From Deltaproteobacteria bacterium (GTDB lineage: Bacteria > Myxococcota > Kuafuiibacteriia > Kuafuiibacteriales > Kuafuiibacteriaceae): a stretch of DNA of 64,000 bases. The stretch is taken from contig JAVJQW010000023.1 in the NCBI GenBank assembly GCA_040218735.1, positions 640,001-704,000 on the forward strand, given 5' to 3'. Of this stretch, positions 18,939 through 28,200 are shown piece by piece. The notes beneath the pieces are model-generated. The model had not been told where the DNA came from. It saw only the letters and a program-made list of their open reading frames with translations, and made no database searches. Numbering within the stretch: the stretch's first letter is position 1; every line of letters starts with the position of its first letter. The translations under genes were made by a program, and so were the position numbers.

Positions 18939-21464
18939 TCATCCAGACGGCCCTTGGCCTCGCGACGGCTCGAACTTCCAATAGAAGGTAACCATGTCAC
19001 GCATCCGACCCTTCGCGCGCCTTGAAACTTCGGCCGTAAGGCGATGGCGCTCATCTGAGTCGATGGCACTAACGTCTAGGTAGCTGTTGAGTATTGCGGC
19101 AGTCCGCCACATCTTCAGGCGCTCGTCCGGTTGAACTTGGAATCGGACAGAAAGTTCCTGATGAGCTAGTTCAAGACCAGTTTCCGTGTTGGCAAGCGCC
19201 TCAACCACCTGTGTCGGAGTGAGTTTCTGACGTTCTTCGCTACGAACCAGAGGCGCCAGGTGATGAAACTTGGATTGAAGCACCTTGTGGAGGGCATCCT
19301 TTACTGGATCCCTTTCCTTTCGATGGGTTTCTCCCGCGTCAATTGCCGCATGGTGAGCGCAAAGAACGAAGCAACCCCCCGTGCGAATCCTTCTTGAGAT
19401 CCAGATACCGAACTGCCGCAACTGCTCCTGATTCTGCAGTGCCTCCGGCATAACCAGATGACAGTACGCGAAATCAAACTGTGATTGACTCGCCGTCCCG
19501 AACATCTCAGCCGTCACAGGGATCGACGCGAGCATGAACTCAGCAGGTCCGGAAAGCTCGCGTCGAGCAGCCATCAGCATCTGGGGAGAGCTGTCGAGTA
19601 CCGTGATGTGCGCCGTCGGAAACCGCTCGCGAACTCGAGCGGCGATATGGCCGGTACCACCAGCCAGGTCGAGAATTCTGTTCCAGCTTGGACCATCACC
19701 AGCGACTTCCAGCAGCTTGTCGGCCGATGCTCTGTGCGCCTCACTCGACGCGCAGAACTCCCCCCAGTCCTTCGCGCTGTCATCCCAGGCACTAGGTGAG
19801 AATCCACCAAGCAGTCGAGCTTGCTGGATGACCCGGTCGTAAGATCGGCGAAACTCCTCTAGGACGAGCTTGGCGTTGGGATGCGACGCCTCGTCAACCT
19901 GAAGTTCATACATCAAGGCACCCCTTTCGACGGGAGACACGGCCGGAAGGTAGTTTACTAGATAGAGAATGGCGCTTGTTTCATCGCGTTCGAGTATACA
20001 ACCCCCAAAGTTCACGCGATGCGAAGCCTGAAAGAACCGCACCTCGGTCAATTGCGGCACTGCGCGACGAAAGTCTTGGTGGGTGAGCGTTCGAGCAAGT
20101 TCCTGCCTCGCCTTCTCAGCGCGGTCAGCGAAATCGGCGTGCCAGTATCCCCCATCGGACTCGGAGGCGAGAATTACGTCGATCTCCTCCCATTTTGCCG
20201 TCCGGTTGCTCCTAACACACCTCTCAAGGATCCTTCGTAGGTGAATAGGCAGGCTTCGTTGCGAAACACCGAGGAACGTTAGACGCCGATACTGGAGAAT
20301 ATGCTCTCCAAGCGGATCACCGCTTCCGATGTCTCCAACGAGCCACCTCCCCACACTATCCCGAGCGCCTGGCGCTCCCGTACTTGAAAGCTCAAGAGGC
20401 CTATCGCCGGCCGAGTCGTCTGCGGCGGCCGTACCATGAAGAGACTCCGCGATGATCCTCGTATGCGTATGCGGCATCTGATAGTGCTCGCCAAAGGGAG
20501 GCGTGCTCGTTTTGCTCTTCGCTAGCACCACATCCCACGCACTGAGTTGGCGCCGGAACCCCCTGCTTATCCTCGGCGTGACAGAGATCTGCGGTTTCGT
20601 CAGCGTTCGCCATAGAGCAGACACGAAGTCCTCTTCGCTGAATGAGGTCAGTCTTTCCCCGACCTCATACCGGCTTCGAGCGATCGGGTCGTCGCGAATC
20701 AACTTGTGGAGCGTCTCGACAGCAACAGTCCTGCTGCACTGGATTTTTCCGTTCTTGAGCTTTCTGACGTCCGAGTTAGAACGTACAACCTTGTCGCGAA
20801 TAAAGACCGCGGCGTCGTACAGATCATCCTCACTTACAGACGCTATTGACAGCTCACAGGCTTCATCTCCCTGCGTGGGCGCGCAGGGCTCTGACAGAAA
20901 CAGAATCTGGTTATCAAAGACGGACGTTAGGCGACTTAGGAAATGATGAAGTTCGAAGTTTGGGCTTCTTCGTGGGAGTTCATGAAGAACGCCAAGGAAG
21001 AGGCAGACCAAGCCTGTGTATCCAGCTGACTTTTGGTCCTCAAGGACCGTGACAACGTCTTCAAGTCGCTGGTGTGCATCACCCTGTATCACGCGCAGCT
21101 GGCCATCAAGTTCTTTGATTTCCGCTGCAGTGACTTGTCTTGCGCGCTCTGCTGCAAGATCGTCGACTTCGAGAAGCACCGCATTCTTCAGAGGGGTGGA
21201 TCTCGCGAGACCGAGCAGATCGCTACCGTCGGCCCCGCCAACGCTCAGAGCAACATAGCTCTCAAGGTTGAGGCGCGCACCCGCCTCCTCCTGTGCGAAG
21301 TACTCAATTACAAAATCCACCTTCTTCTCACCTTCTGACGAGAATGCTTCTGCATACTCAGCCGCTGCCGTTCGGCTGTCGCTTTCCGGGCGGAGAATCT
21401 GACCAAGGAACCTCTTGATCGCTCGCTGAGCAGGGGTGAGTCCGTCAGTCGTTGTTGGATCCAT
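18939..21464 (-). CDS. 841-aa protein with two class I SAM-methyltransferase-like domains and a central PLD/DUF5919-like region
   Basis: N-terminal LSVGGADGSD/LLEVD/IQGDA/GVLHEL; C-terminal RILDLAGGTG/VLDSSPQML/FDFAYC/GGCFVL; middle LTFLGVS...VRFFQ...LYLVNYLP...EFRRSYDRV; lower GC. Confidence 0.7.
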   Translation of the reverse strand: MDPTTTDGLTPAQRAIKRFLGQILRPESDSRTAAAEYAEAFSSEGEKKVDFVIEYFAQEEAGARLNLESYVALSVGGADGSDLLGLARSTPLKNAVLLEVDDLAAERARQVTAAEIKELDGQLRVIQGDAHQRLEDVVTVLEDQKSAGYTGLVCLFLGVLHELPRRSPNFELHHFLSRLTSVFDNQILFLSEPCAPTQGDEACELSIASVSEDDLYDAAVFIRDKVVRSNSDVRKLKNGKIQCSRTVAVETLHKLIRDDPIARSRYEVGERLTSFSEEDFVSALWRTLTKPQISVTPRISRGFRRQLSAWDVVLAKSKTSTPPFGEHYQMPHTHTRIIAESLHGTAAADDSAGDRPLELSSTGAPGARDSVGRWLVGDIGSGDPLGEHILQYRRLTFLGVSQRSLPIHLRRILERCVRSNRTAKWEEIDVILASESDGGYWHADFADRAEKARQELARTLTHQDFRRAVPQLTEVRFFQASHRVNFGGCILERDETSAILYLVNYLPAVSPVERGALMYELQVDEASHPNAKLVLEEFRRSYDRVIQQARLLGGFSPSAWDDSAKDWGEFCASSEAHRASADKLLEVAGDGPSWNRILDLAGGTGHIAARVRERFPTAHITVLDSSPQMLMAARRELSGPAEFMLASIPVTAEMFGTASQSQFDFAYCHLVMPEALQNQEQLRQFGIWISRRIRTGGCFVLCAHHAAIDAGETHRKERDPVKDALHKVLQSKFHHLAPLVRSEERQKLTPTQVVEALANTETGLELAHQELSVRFQVQPDERLKMWRTAAILNSYLDVSAIDSDERHRLTAEVSRRAKGRMRDMVTFYWKFEPSRGQGPSG

Positions 21465-21652
21465 GCTGTGCCGAATTCCCTATACGCATTCTAAACCTAA
21501 GTGTCTATGGCATCGGTGATCTTTCCTTAGCTTCATCTGGTTTGAAGGCGCATTCTCGTTGCGGTACTGCATAGCGACGCAATGGATAGCAGAACCTGTT
21601 CGACTCTTACTAATGAGTCCGGATGCGTTCATGAGCACTCCAAACGACGTGC

Positions 21653-21717
21653 GTCAGATGACGATCGCCATGCCGGGGTCCACGCCGTCGAGCGCTTCGG
21701 ATCCCAGCATCGACTCG
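21653..21717. repeat. 65-bp exact direct repeat, copy 2 (3' end of the intact HD-GYP gene)
   Basis: Identical to 17358-17422. Confidence 0.95.
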
Positions 21718-23096
21718 ATCTTCGACTCGGGCCCGTCGACCTCCGCGAGGTTGCGGATGATGGTGCGGCGAACCTTGTCGCCCGACGCGTTGCGGACGAT
21801 CTTGATCCACGGCTTCTCGAACAGGTCCGGGTCGTTCGAGTTGTGGTAGACGACGCCGATCTCCCCGGACGCGAGCCGGACGACGCTGCCGAGCGGATAC
21901 ATGCCCATCAGGTTGACGAGCACCTTCACGACCAGCGGGTCGTACTTCGTGCCGGACTCCTGCATGAGGATCTTGAGCGCTTCGTCCGCCGTGAAACCTT
22001 CGCGCCAGGGGCGACGTGTGGTCAGCGCATCGAACGCGTCCGCGACGGCGACGATGCGCGAGAAGACGTGTTTCTGGCCGTACACCTGCGTCTCGGGATC
22101 GTAGTAGGGCCGGTGGTGCTCGTACGCGACGATCACCCGACGCATCATCGCTTCGTTCACCGCGCCCGCACCGATGATGGCGCGGATCTGCCGGACCATC
22201 GCGTCGCGGACCTCGTTGCGTTCGGCCTCCGTGAGCTCGCCTCCTCGCTCGGTGAGCTCGTTCGGGAGCATCGCGAATCCGATGTCCGCGAACATCGCCG
22301 CGGTGCCGAGGTCCACCAGCGCGAGGCGGTCGATCTCCAACGCACGGCCCAGGACGATCGCGAGCACACACGTGTTGGCGGCGTGGTTGTACGCGTACTC
22401 GTTCGCCTGTTTGATCGTCGCGAGCTTGAGGCTGAAGTTCACGCGCTCGGTGGCGACGTCGACGAGGTCCTGCACGATGCGGGTGATGTGCATCTTGCCG
22501 GCGAGCGGGTCGCGGCCGTCGCGGAGCGCGGCGACGAACTCACGAATGCAGACGATCGTCTTGGCGTAGGTCTGCAGCGCAAACGTCTTGCGGTCGATGC
22601 GCAGCGCCTTCTCTTCCTCGTTGCCGTCCGCGAAGTGACGCGGGTCCAGCAGCTCCAACGCGAGGTCGCGGAACTCCTCGAGCTTGCGGCGTAGCTCCTT
22701 GACGTCGGCCTCCGATTCGACCGGACGACTGAACACGACCAGAAAGTCACGCAGCGCCGCCGAGTCGACGGGGCGCGAGAACGCGAGCCCGCCGAGGCCG
22801 CGCGCCTCGAACTCGGCCTGGAGCGTCTTCACCTGCTTCGTCGTGCTGGGGTCCATCCGCAGCCGCATGTCGTTGAGGTAGATGACGGACTCGACGAACT
22901 GCAGCCGCACTTCGCCGTCGAGCGCAGCCCACAGCGTGTTGATCGTGTCCTTCAGCGACTCGGACGCGACGAGGAGCGCTTTGTTCGTCGGGTCGTGGAT
23001 GCGCATCGTGCGCAGCACCATGTGGAGCTGGAGCACGAGGCCCCGGCCGAGGCGTTGAAGCTGCGCGGTCGCCGCGAGTGATACGCCCTTGGCCAT
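21654..23096 (-). CDS. HD-GYP-like protein, catalytically degenerate
   Basis: YAYNHAANT, AMFADIG (HD replaced by AD), AYEHH, SRIVAVADAFDALTTRRPW, C-terminal YPLGSVVRLASGEIGVV; no GYP motif. Confidence 0.85.
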   Translation of the reverse strand: MAKGVSLAATAQLQRLGRGLVLQLHMVLRTMRIHDPTNKALLVASESLKDTINTLWAALDGEVRLQFVESVIYLNDMRLRMDPSTTKQVKTLQAEFEARGLGGLAFSRPVDSAALRDFLVVFSRPVESEADVKELRRKLEEFRDLALELLDPRHFADGNEEEKALRIDRKTFALQTYAKTIVCIREFVAALRDGRDPLAGKMHITRIVQDLVDVATERVNFSLKLATIKQANEYAYNHAANTCVLAIVLGRALEIDRLALVDLGTAAMFADIGFAMLPNELTERGGELTEAERNEVRDAMVRQIRAIIGAGAVNEAMMRRVIVAYEHHRPYYDPETQVYGQKHVFSRIVAVADAFDALTTRRPWREGFTADEALKILMQESGTKYDPLVVKVLVNLMGMYPLGSVVRLASGEIGVVYHNSNDPDLFEKPWIKIVRNASGDKVRRTIIRNLAEVDGPESKIESMLGSEALDGVDPGMAIVI

Positions 23097-26000
23097 CAGT
23101 CGTCCTCCGTCCCGCCGGACTTCGTGTCGCTGTCGAGCACGAGATCATCGACCCACGGCAACACGGGCGGCGGCGCTGGCGTCGGGGGCGGCGCGCCCGA
23201 CCAGGTGTTGGAGCGCGGCGGCGGCACACCCGTTGGCGTCCCGTAGGGATCGCTGTCGACGGTCGGGATGTACGGCGCCGACATCGGGTCCGCCAGCCCG
23301 TCGTCGTCCGCATCGGGCGAAGCGACGGTCGGGGTGGGCGGCGGCGGCTCGCCCAGATCACTCGACGAGTGGGAGATATCACCCGTGACGGTGTCGGCCT
23401 GGAGCGGGGTCTCGCCCTCGCCCTGGGGCTCCGCGACGTCGCCGAACAGCGACGCGACCACCGCGTCCGCGGAGGGGATATCGTCCTCCGCTTGCGGCGG
23501 CGCGGTCGGCGCGGTCGGCGCGATGGGCTCCTCGCGACGGTCCGCGAGCTCGCCGATCGACAGGGCCATGGTCTCGGCCTCCGCCGGGGGTGCGGCCTGC
23601 GGCGGTGCTTCGCTGCTGCGGTCGGAGAGATCCTGCATCTGCAGCGTCATCTCCTGCTCCTCCGCCTCGTAGTCGGGCACCGACGCCATCGCCTCGCTGA
23701 CCCAGTCCGGGATGTCGCCGGACTCCCCGTCCTCGTCGAAGCCCGGCGCCTCACTCTCCGACTCGAGCCCCGGGAACGGCGTGTGCCCCGTGGGCGGCAC
23801 CGGCGGCGCGACGAGCGGCGGGGGCGAACGCGGGAACGACGGCATCACGTCTCGCGTCCCCGCGGCCGAAGGCGGGGACCACGACGACGTCTCGTCCTCC
23901 GACGGCGAAGCCGCCTGCGCCGGGAACGACGGCATCACGTCCCGCGTCCCCGCGGCGGAGGGAGGTGCGTTCTCCTCGCGCGGCGCCGGCATCCGCGGCG
24001 GAGGTGCGTCGCCGTACGAATGCGTCGCCGCCTCGATCTGTTCGGTCGCGTCGCGGTCGGGCGACGACGACCCCACCTCGACGCGTCCGCGCGGCGCGGG
24101 CGGGAGGTTGTCCGGGATGAGGTCCGGCGTCGGGTACGGCTGCATCACCGAGGCCACGACCGGGCCCTCCTGGTAGAGCGGCTGGTGCGCCGGCGCCTGC
24201 TTGTTCTCGGTCTCGAGGGTGGGATCGTACAGGTAGAACGGCGGCGCGTTCTCGAGGCTGTCCGCGTCGACCGACATCAGCGTCTGTGAAGGCGTCGGGT
24301 CCTCGAGGTCCTTCGTCGACTGGTTCGGGTCGGTCTTCGTCGCCGGGATGCCCGCGATCGCCGTGCGCGCGTTCGGGTCGGGGAGATCGCCGGTGGGGTT
24401 GGTCGGGCTCGTCGGGATCTTGGGGATCGCCGTCGTGTCCGCTTCCTTCTTGCCGTCGCGCGCGAGGCCGCGCTTGCACGCGTCGCGCACCTTCGAGTTG
24501 AGGCTGCGAGCCCCCTTCGAGAGCGCCTCCGCCCCGAGCGGTCCGAGTGACGCGAGCGCAAACGCCGCCGAGACCTGCGGCTCCGTGTTCTTGAGCGTCT
24601 TCAGGAATCCGGGGTTGAGGATCTGGTCGAGCAGCGGCACGGCCTCCCCTCGCGCGATCGCCGCGTAGGCCGCCATCGCCATGCGCAGCTCCCGCGGCTC
24701 CCGGTCGGTGAGGTCGTCGGCGGAGAGCATGTGGTGCAACGCGTCGCGCGCCGGCGCGGAGCGACGCGCCGCCGCGACGCGGATCGCGGAGAGGCGCACG
24801 TCGAGGTCGTCGTCGTGGATGCGCTCGACGATCAGCTGGTCGGCGAGGCCCCGCGCGTACCCGCGCAGCATCCCCACCGCGTACGCACGCACCTTGGGGT
24901 GGTTGTGCGCGAGGGACTGTTTGATCAGCACGCTGATCTTCTCGGGCGGGTGGTGCTGCGCCAGCCCGAGCACGTCGCGCACCACGAACCACTTCGCGCT
25001 CTCACACACGTCCATGAGCCGGGCGACGTCGGGGACGCCGAACTCGACGATCAGATCACACAGGAGGCGACGGTGCGTCGGCGACGTCACCATCTCGAGG
25101 TTGCCGATCAACGCGTTCGCGATCGGCGCGCCGAGCGCGCGCAGGAACGCGACCATGTCGGTGACGGAGGCCGACGTGTACCCGTCGTTCAGCGCGTTGA
25201 GCACCGGGAGCACCCGCGACTCGGCCGCGAAGAGCCGCACGAGGTGCCGGGCGATGTGGACCTCCTGCATGTTGTCGCTCTCGTCCGCGACACCCTTCAG
25301 GCGATCGATCAACGCGATGGCGTGTTGGTAGTCCTGCGCGAGGACCAGCGAGTCGAAGAGGCGTTGGAGGAGATCGATCGTCGCGCCCGACTCCTTCGAC
25401 GAGGTCTCCTTGAAGAGCATCCTCACGAGGATGTCGAGCATCTCGGAGGTGAGGCGGTCGCGGGTGTCGGCGTCGAGCGCGTCGTGCACCGCGTCGAGGT
25501 CGCGCTTGCCTATCTTGGCGATCGCGCGCGACGTCGCGTGGTCGAGCATGTCGAGGTCCTCCGCCGACTCCTGGCGGATGTCCTTGAGCGCTTCGAGATC
25601 TTCCTTGGTGATCGAGACGCCGGCGACGATGTCGTCGTCGTCCGCGGTCGTCTGGTAGATCGCCGCGACGATGCCTTCGATGTTCCCCTGGATGCGGTCG
25701 AGCTCCTCGCGGTCGAGCTCCGTGGCGACGCCCTTCTTCCCGGAGGTGATCGAGTCGATCGTGAGGTAGCGAAGGTGGGGGAGCGCCTCGCGCCACAGCG
25801 TGGTGACGAGGTCGTCGCCCATCGCGTTGTAGCCCTTGTAATCGGTCGTGACGGCCTTGAGCAGGCGGAGCATCTCGTCGCGCCCCATCCCGTGCACGAG
25901 CGTGATGCGACGGAACGCGTTCCGGTAGAACGTGAACGGCAGCCCTTCTTCGCGGTCCGAGTTGACGTGGACGGCGTCGCCGTTGTGGAGGATACGGTCC

Positions 26001-26227
26001 TCGCGGATGGAGAGGTGCAGCTCCGGGGTGCGTGTGAGGAGCTGTTCGAGGCCGAGGTGGGCGGTGTCGAGATACTTCTTCAGCATCTCGTTGTTCTCGG
26101 CGTAGACCCGCATGCCCTTTGCGGCTTTCGCAAAGTCTCGGATCCACGCCTCGACGGCCGAGGACAGCGGATCGCTGAACTCTTGGGCCCGGGGCGACGG
26201 ACCCGGCCCTGTCGGGTCCACCATCAT
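23096..26227 (-). CDS. HEAT-repeat protein with long disordered acidic/Pro-rich tail
   Basis: KWFVVRDVL, HPKVRAYAV, DLDVRLSAI HEAT-like motifs; stop overlaps HD-GYP start. Confidence 0.8.
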   Translation of the reverse strand: MMVDPTGPGPSPRAQEFSDPLSSAVEAWIRDFAKAAKGMRVYAENNEMLKKYLDTAHLGLEQLLTRTPELHLSIREDRILHNGDAVHVNSDREEGLPFTFYRNAFRRITLVHGMGRDEMLRLLKAVTTDYKGYNAMGDDLVTTLWREALPHLRYLTIDSITSGKKGVATELDREELDRIQGNIEGIVAAIYQTTADDDDIVAGVSITKEDLEALKDIRQESAEDLDMLDHATSRAIAKIGKRDLDAVHDALDADTRDRLTSEMLDILVRMLFKETSSKESGATIDLLQRLFDSLVLAQDYQHAIALIDRLKGVADESDNMQEVHIARHLVRLFAAESRVLPVLNALNDGYTSASVTDMVAFLRALGAPIANALIGNLEMVTSPTHRRLLCDLIVEFGVPDVARLMDVCESAKWFVVRDVLGLAQHHPPEKISVLIKQSLAHNHPKVRAYAVGMLRGYARGLADQLIVERIHDDDLDVRLSAIRVAAARRSAPARDALHHMLSADDLTDREPRELRMAMAAYAAIARGEAVPLLDQILNPGFLKTLKNTEPQVSAAFALASLGPLGAEALSKGARSLNSKVRDACKRGLARDGKKEADTTAIPKIPTSPTNPTGDLPDPNARTAIAGIPATKTDPNQSTKDLEDPTPSQTLMSVDADSLENAPPFYLYDPTLETENKQAPAHQPLYQEGPVVASVMQPYPTPDLIPDNLPPAPRGRVEVGSSSPDRDATEQIEAATHSYGDAPPPRMPAPREENAPPSAAGTRDVMPSFPAQAASPSEDETSSWSPPSAAGTRDVMPSFPRSPPPLVAPPVPPTGHTPFPGLESESEAPGFDEDGESGDIPDWVSEAMASVPDYEAEEQEMTLQMQDLSDRSSEAPPQAAPPAEAETMALSIGELADRREEPIAPTAPTAPPQAEDDIPSADAVVASLFGDVAEPQGEGETPLQADTVTGDISHSSSDLGEPPPPTPTVASPDADDDGLADPMSAPYIPTVDSDPYGTPTGVPPPRSNTWSGAPPPTPAPPPVLPWVDDLVLDSDTKSGGTEDD
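23831..23965. repeat. Intragenic duplication (about 45 bp, 90-bp period) encoding PPSAAGTRDVMPSFP twice
   Basis: cgggaacgacggcatcacgt(c/t)...cgcggc at 23831 and 23921. Confidence 0.8.
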
Positions 26228-26256
26228 CGCGAGGATGTCCGGCCCCGGCCGCCGGG

Positions 26257-28197
26257 TCAACGATGGACGCGCGTGGGAGCCACGGCGCGCGGAAGTACCT
26301 GCCCGGCGAGGACGTCCTGAGCGCCGAGATAACGGCGAACCCAGTGTTCGAACATCGCGATCGACCAGAACACGGTCGCGTGGTTGCGGAGCCCGATCTG
26401 GTGCTCGTACCACATCCGGCGCAACCCTGGCGTATCCAGCAGGCCGCTCTGTCCGCCCGGGCGATCGAAGAAGAGCGCCTGCGTCGAGTCGAGGAGGTCA
26501 CCGCGGAACCACTCGGGGAGCGGGATCGTGAAACCCATCTTCTTGCGGTCGAGGATCGACGCCGGGAGCAGCTGCTCGGCGGCGGCCTTCAGGGCGATCT
26601 TGGTGCGGTCGCCCTCGAGTTTGTGTTTCGGCGGGAGACCGGCCGCGAGCTGCACCATGCGGTGGTCGAGCAGCGGGACACGAACCTCGAGCGCGTGCGC
26701 CATCGACGCGCGATCCACCTTCACCAAGATGTCGTCGCAGAGGTACATCTTCAGGTCGACGTACTGCAGCCGCGCGAGCGGATCCGAGGTGTTCGCGCGC
26801 GCGAGGTGCCGCTCGAAGTGGTGGTACGGGTCGTAGCCGTTCAGGCCGCCGAGGAAGTCGTTCGACAGGTACCGCGGGTACGTCTTCTGCGTGAGCGAGT
26901 AGAAGTACGCGCGTTCGTGGTCGACGGAGAGGTTCGTCAACGTGGCCTTCGCGCGGAGGAACCGCGGGAGGAAGTCGGCCTTCGGATAGGCGCGCGCGAG
27001 GGGCGCGACGACGTTCTCCCGGACGACGCCCGGCAGGCGATTGCGCACCGCGGCCTCGTACATTGCGAAGACGTAGCGGCGGTAACCGGCGAAGTTCTCG
27101 TCGCCGCCGTCTCCGGAGAGCGCCACCGTGACCTGGTCGCGGGTCGCTTCGCAGAGGTAGTACGTCGGGACCGCAGAGGAGTCGCCGAACGGTTCGTCAT
27201 AGAACCACGCGAGGTCCTCGACGATCGCGGCCGCGTCGGCGCGCACGAGGCGCTCGGTGTGCTCGGTCGCGTAGAGCTCGGCCGTCTCCTTCGCGTACCC
27301 GCGCTCGTCGTAGCCGGCCTCCGAGAAGCCGATGGTGTTCGTCTTCACCGGGCCTTCGAGCTGCTTCGCCATCTGCGCGACGACGAGGCTCGAGTCCACG
27401 CCACCGGAGAGGAACGCGCCGAGCGGGACGTCGGAGCGTAGGCGAAGGCGAACCGCGTCCGAGAGCTGCTCGAGCACCCGCGTCGCGCTGTCTTCGACGC
27501 GCCCCTCCGCAGCGGCCTGCGAGAAGTCGACATCCCAGTAGCGCGCGACCCGCACGTCGTCCGACGACAGGAACATCGAGTGTCCGGCCGGGAGCTTGTG
27601 GATGTTCTGCAGGATGGTCTGCGGTCCGGGGACGTAGTTGTACGCGAAGAAGTCGAGCGCGGCGTGCGGGTCGAGGAGCCGCGGGACCGTCGGGTCCGCG
27701 AGGATCGCCTTGATCTCCGACGCGAAGATCACGCGCTCGCCGTCGCGGTAGTAGTACAGCGGCTTCTTCCCCATCCGATCGCGGGCGAGGAAGATCGTGC
27801 GCGTCTTCTTGTCGAAGAGCGCGAAGGCGAACATTCCATTGAAGCGATCGACGCACGCGGCGCCCCACTCCCGGAACGCGCAGAGGATCACCTCGGTGTC
27901 GGAGCGCGTGCGGAAGCGGTGCCCCTTGGCCTCGAGCTGCTCCGCGAGCTCGCGGTAGTTGTAGATCTCACCGTTGAAGACGACCGCGACCCGCTCCTCG
28001 AGATCCCACATCGGCTGATGCCCGCCGGCGACGTCGATGATCGACAGGCGCCGGTGCCCGAGGCCGACGCCCCGCCCCGCCCACGCGCCGCCGTCATCGG
28101 GCCCGCGGTGTGCGATGGCGTCGGTCTGACGGACGAGGAGATCCACGTCCACGGGACGTTCGGGATCGAAGTGGAAGACGCCGACGATGCCGCACAT
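26257..28197 (-). CDS. asnB: Asparagine synthase (glutamine-hydrolysing)-family amidotransferase, XrtA/PEP-CTERM-associated type
   Basis: MCGI N-terminus, HRGPD, GHRRLSIID, FNGEIYN, FLSGGVDSS, LSGDGGDE, KVDRASMAHALEVRVP. Confidence 0.92.
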   Translation of the reverse strand: MCGIVGVFHFDPERPVDVDLLVRQTDAIAHRGPDDGGAWAGRGVGLGHRRLSIIDVAGGHQPMWDLEERVAVVFNGEIYNYRELAEQLEAKGHRFRTRSDTEVILCAFREWGAACVDRFNGMFAFALFDKKTRTIFLARDRMGKKPLYYYRDGERVIFASEIKAILADPTVPRLLDPHAALDFFAYNYVPGPQTILQNIHKLPAGHSMFLSSDDVRVARYWDVDFSQAAAEGRVEDSATRVLEQLSDAVRLRLRSDVPLGAFLSGGVDSSLVVAQMAKQLEGPVKTNTIGFSEAGYDERGYAKETAELYATEHTERLVRADAAAIVEDLAWFYDEPFGDSSAVPTYYLCEATRDQVTVALSGDGGDENFAGYRRYVFAMYEAAVRNRLPGVVRENVVAPLARAYPKADFLPRFLRAKATLTNLSVDHERAYFYSLTQKTYPRYLSNDFLGGLNGYDPYHHFERHLARANTSDPLARLQYVDLKMYLCDDILVKVDRASMAHALEVRVPLLDHRMVQLAAGLPPKHKLEGDRTKIALKAAAEQLLPASILDRKKMGFTIPLPEWFRGDLLDSTQALFFDRPGGQSGLLDTPGLRRMWYEHQIGLRNHATVFWSIAMFEHWVRRYLGAQDVLAGQVLPRAVAPTRVHR

Positions 28198-28200
28198 GGT

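Noticed and set aside
18939-21464. DNA methyltransferase of a restriction-modification system
   Set aside because: No DPPY/NPPY or PCQ catalytic motif and no recognisable nuclease partner
21485-21520. Sigma-70 promoter for the island operon (TAGAAT on minus strand)
   Set aside because: No convincing -35 element at the expected spacing
17358-21797. DGR template/variable repeat pair for the HD-GYP duplication
   Set aside because: Differences are not adenine-specific and there is no reverse transcriptase
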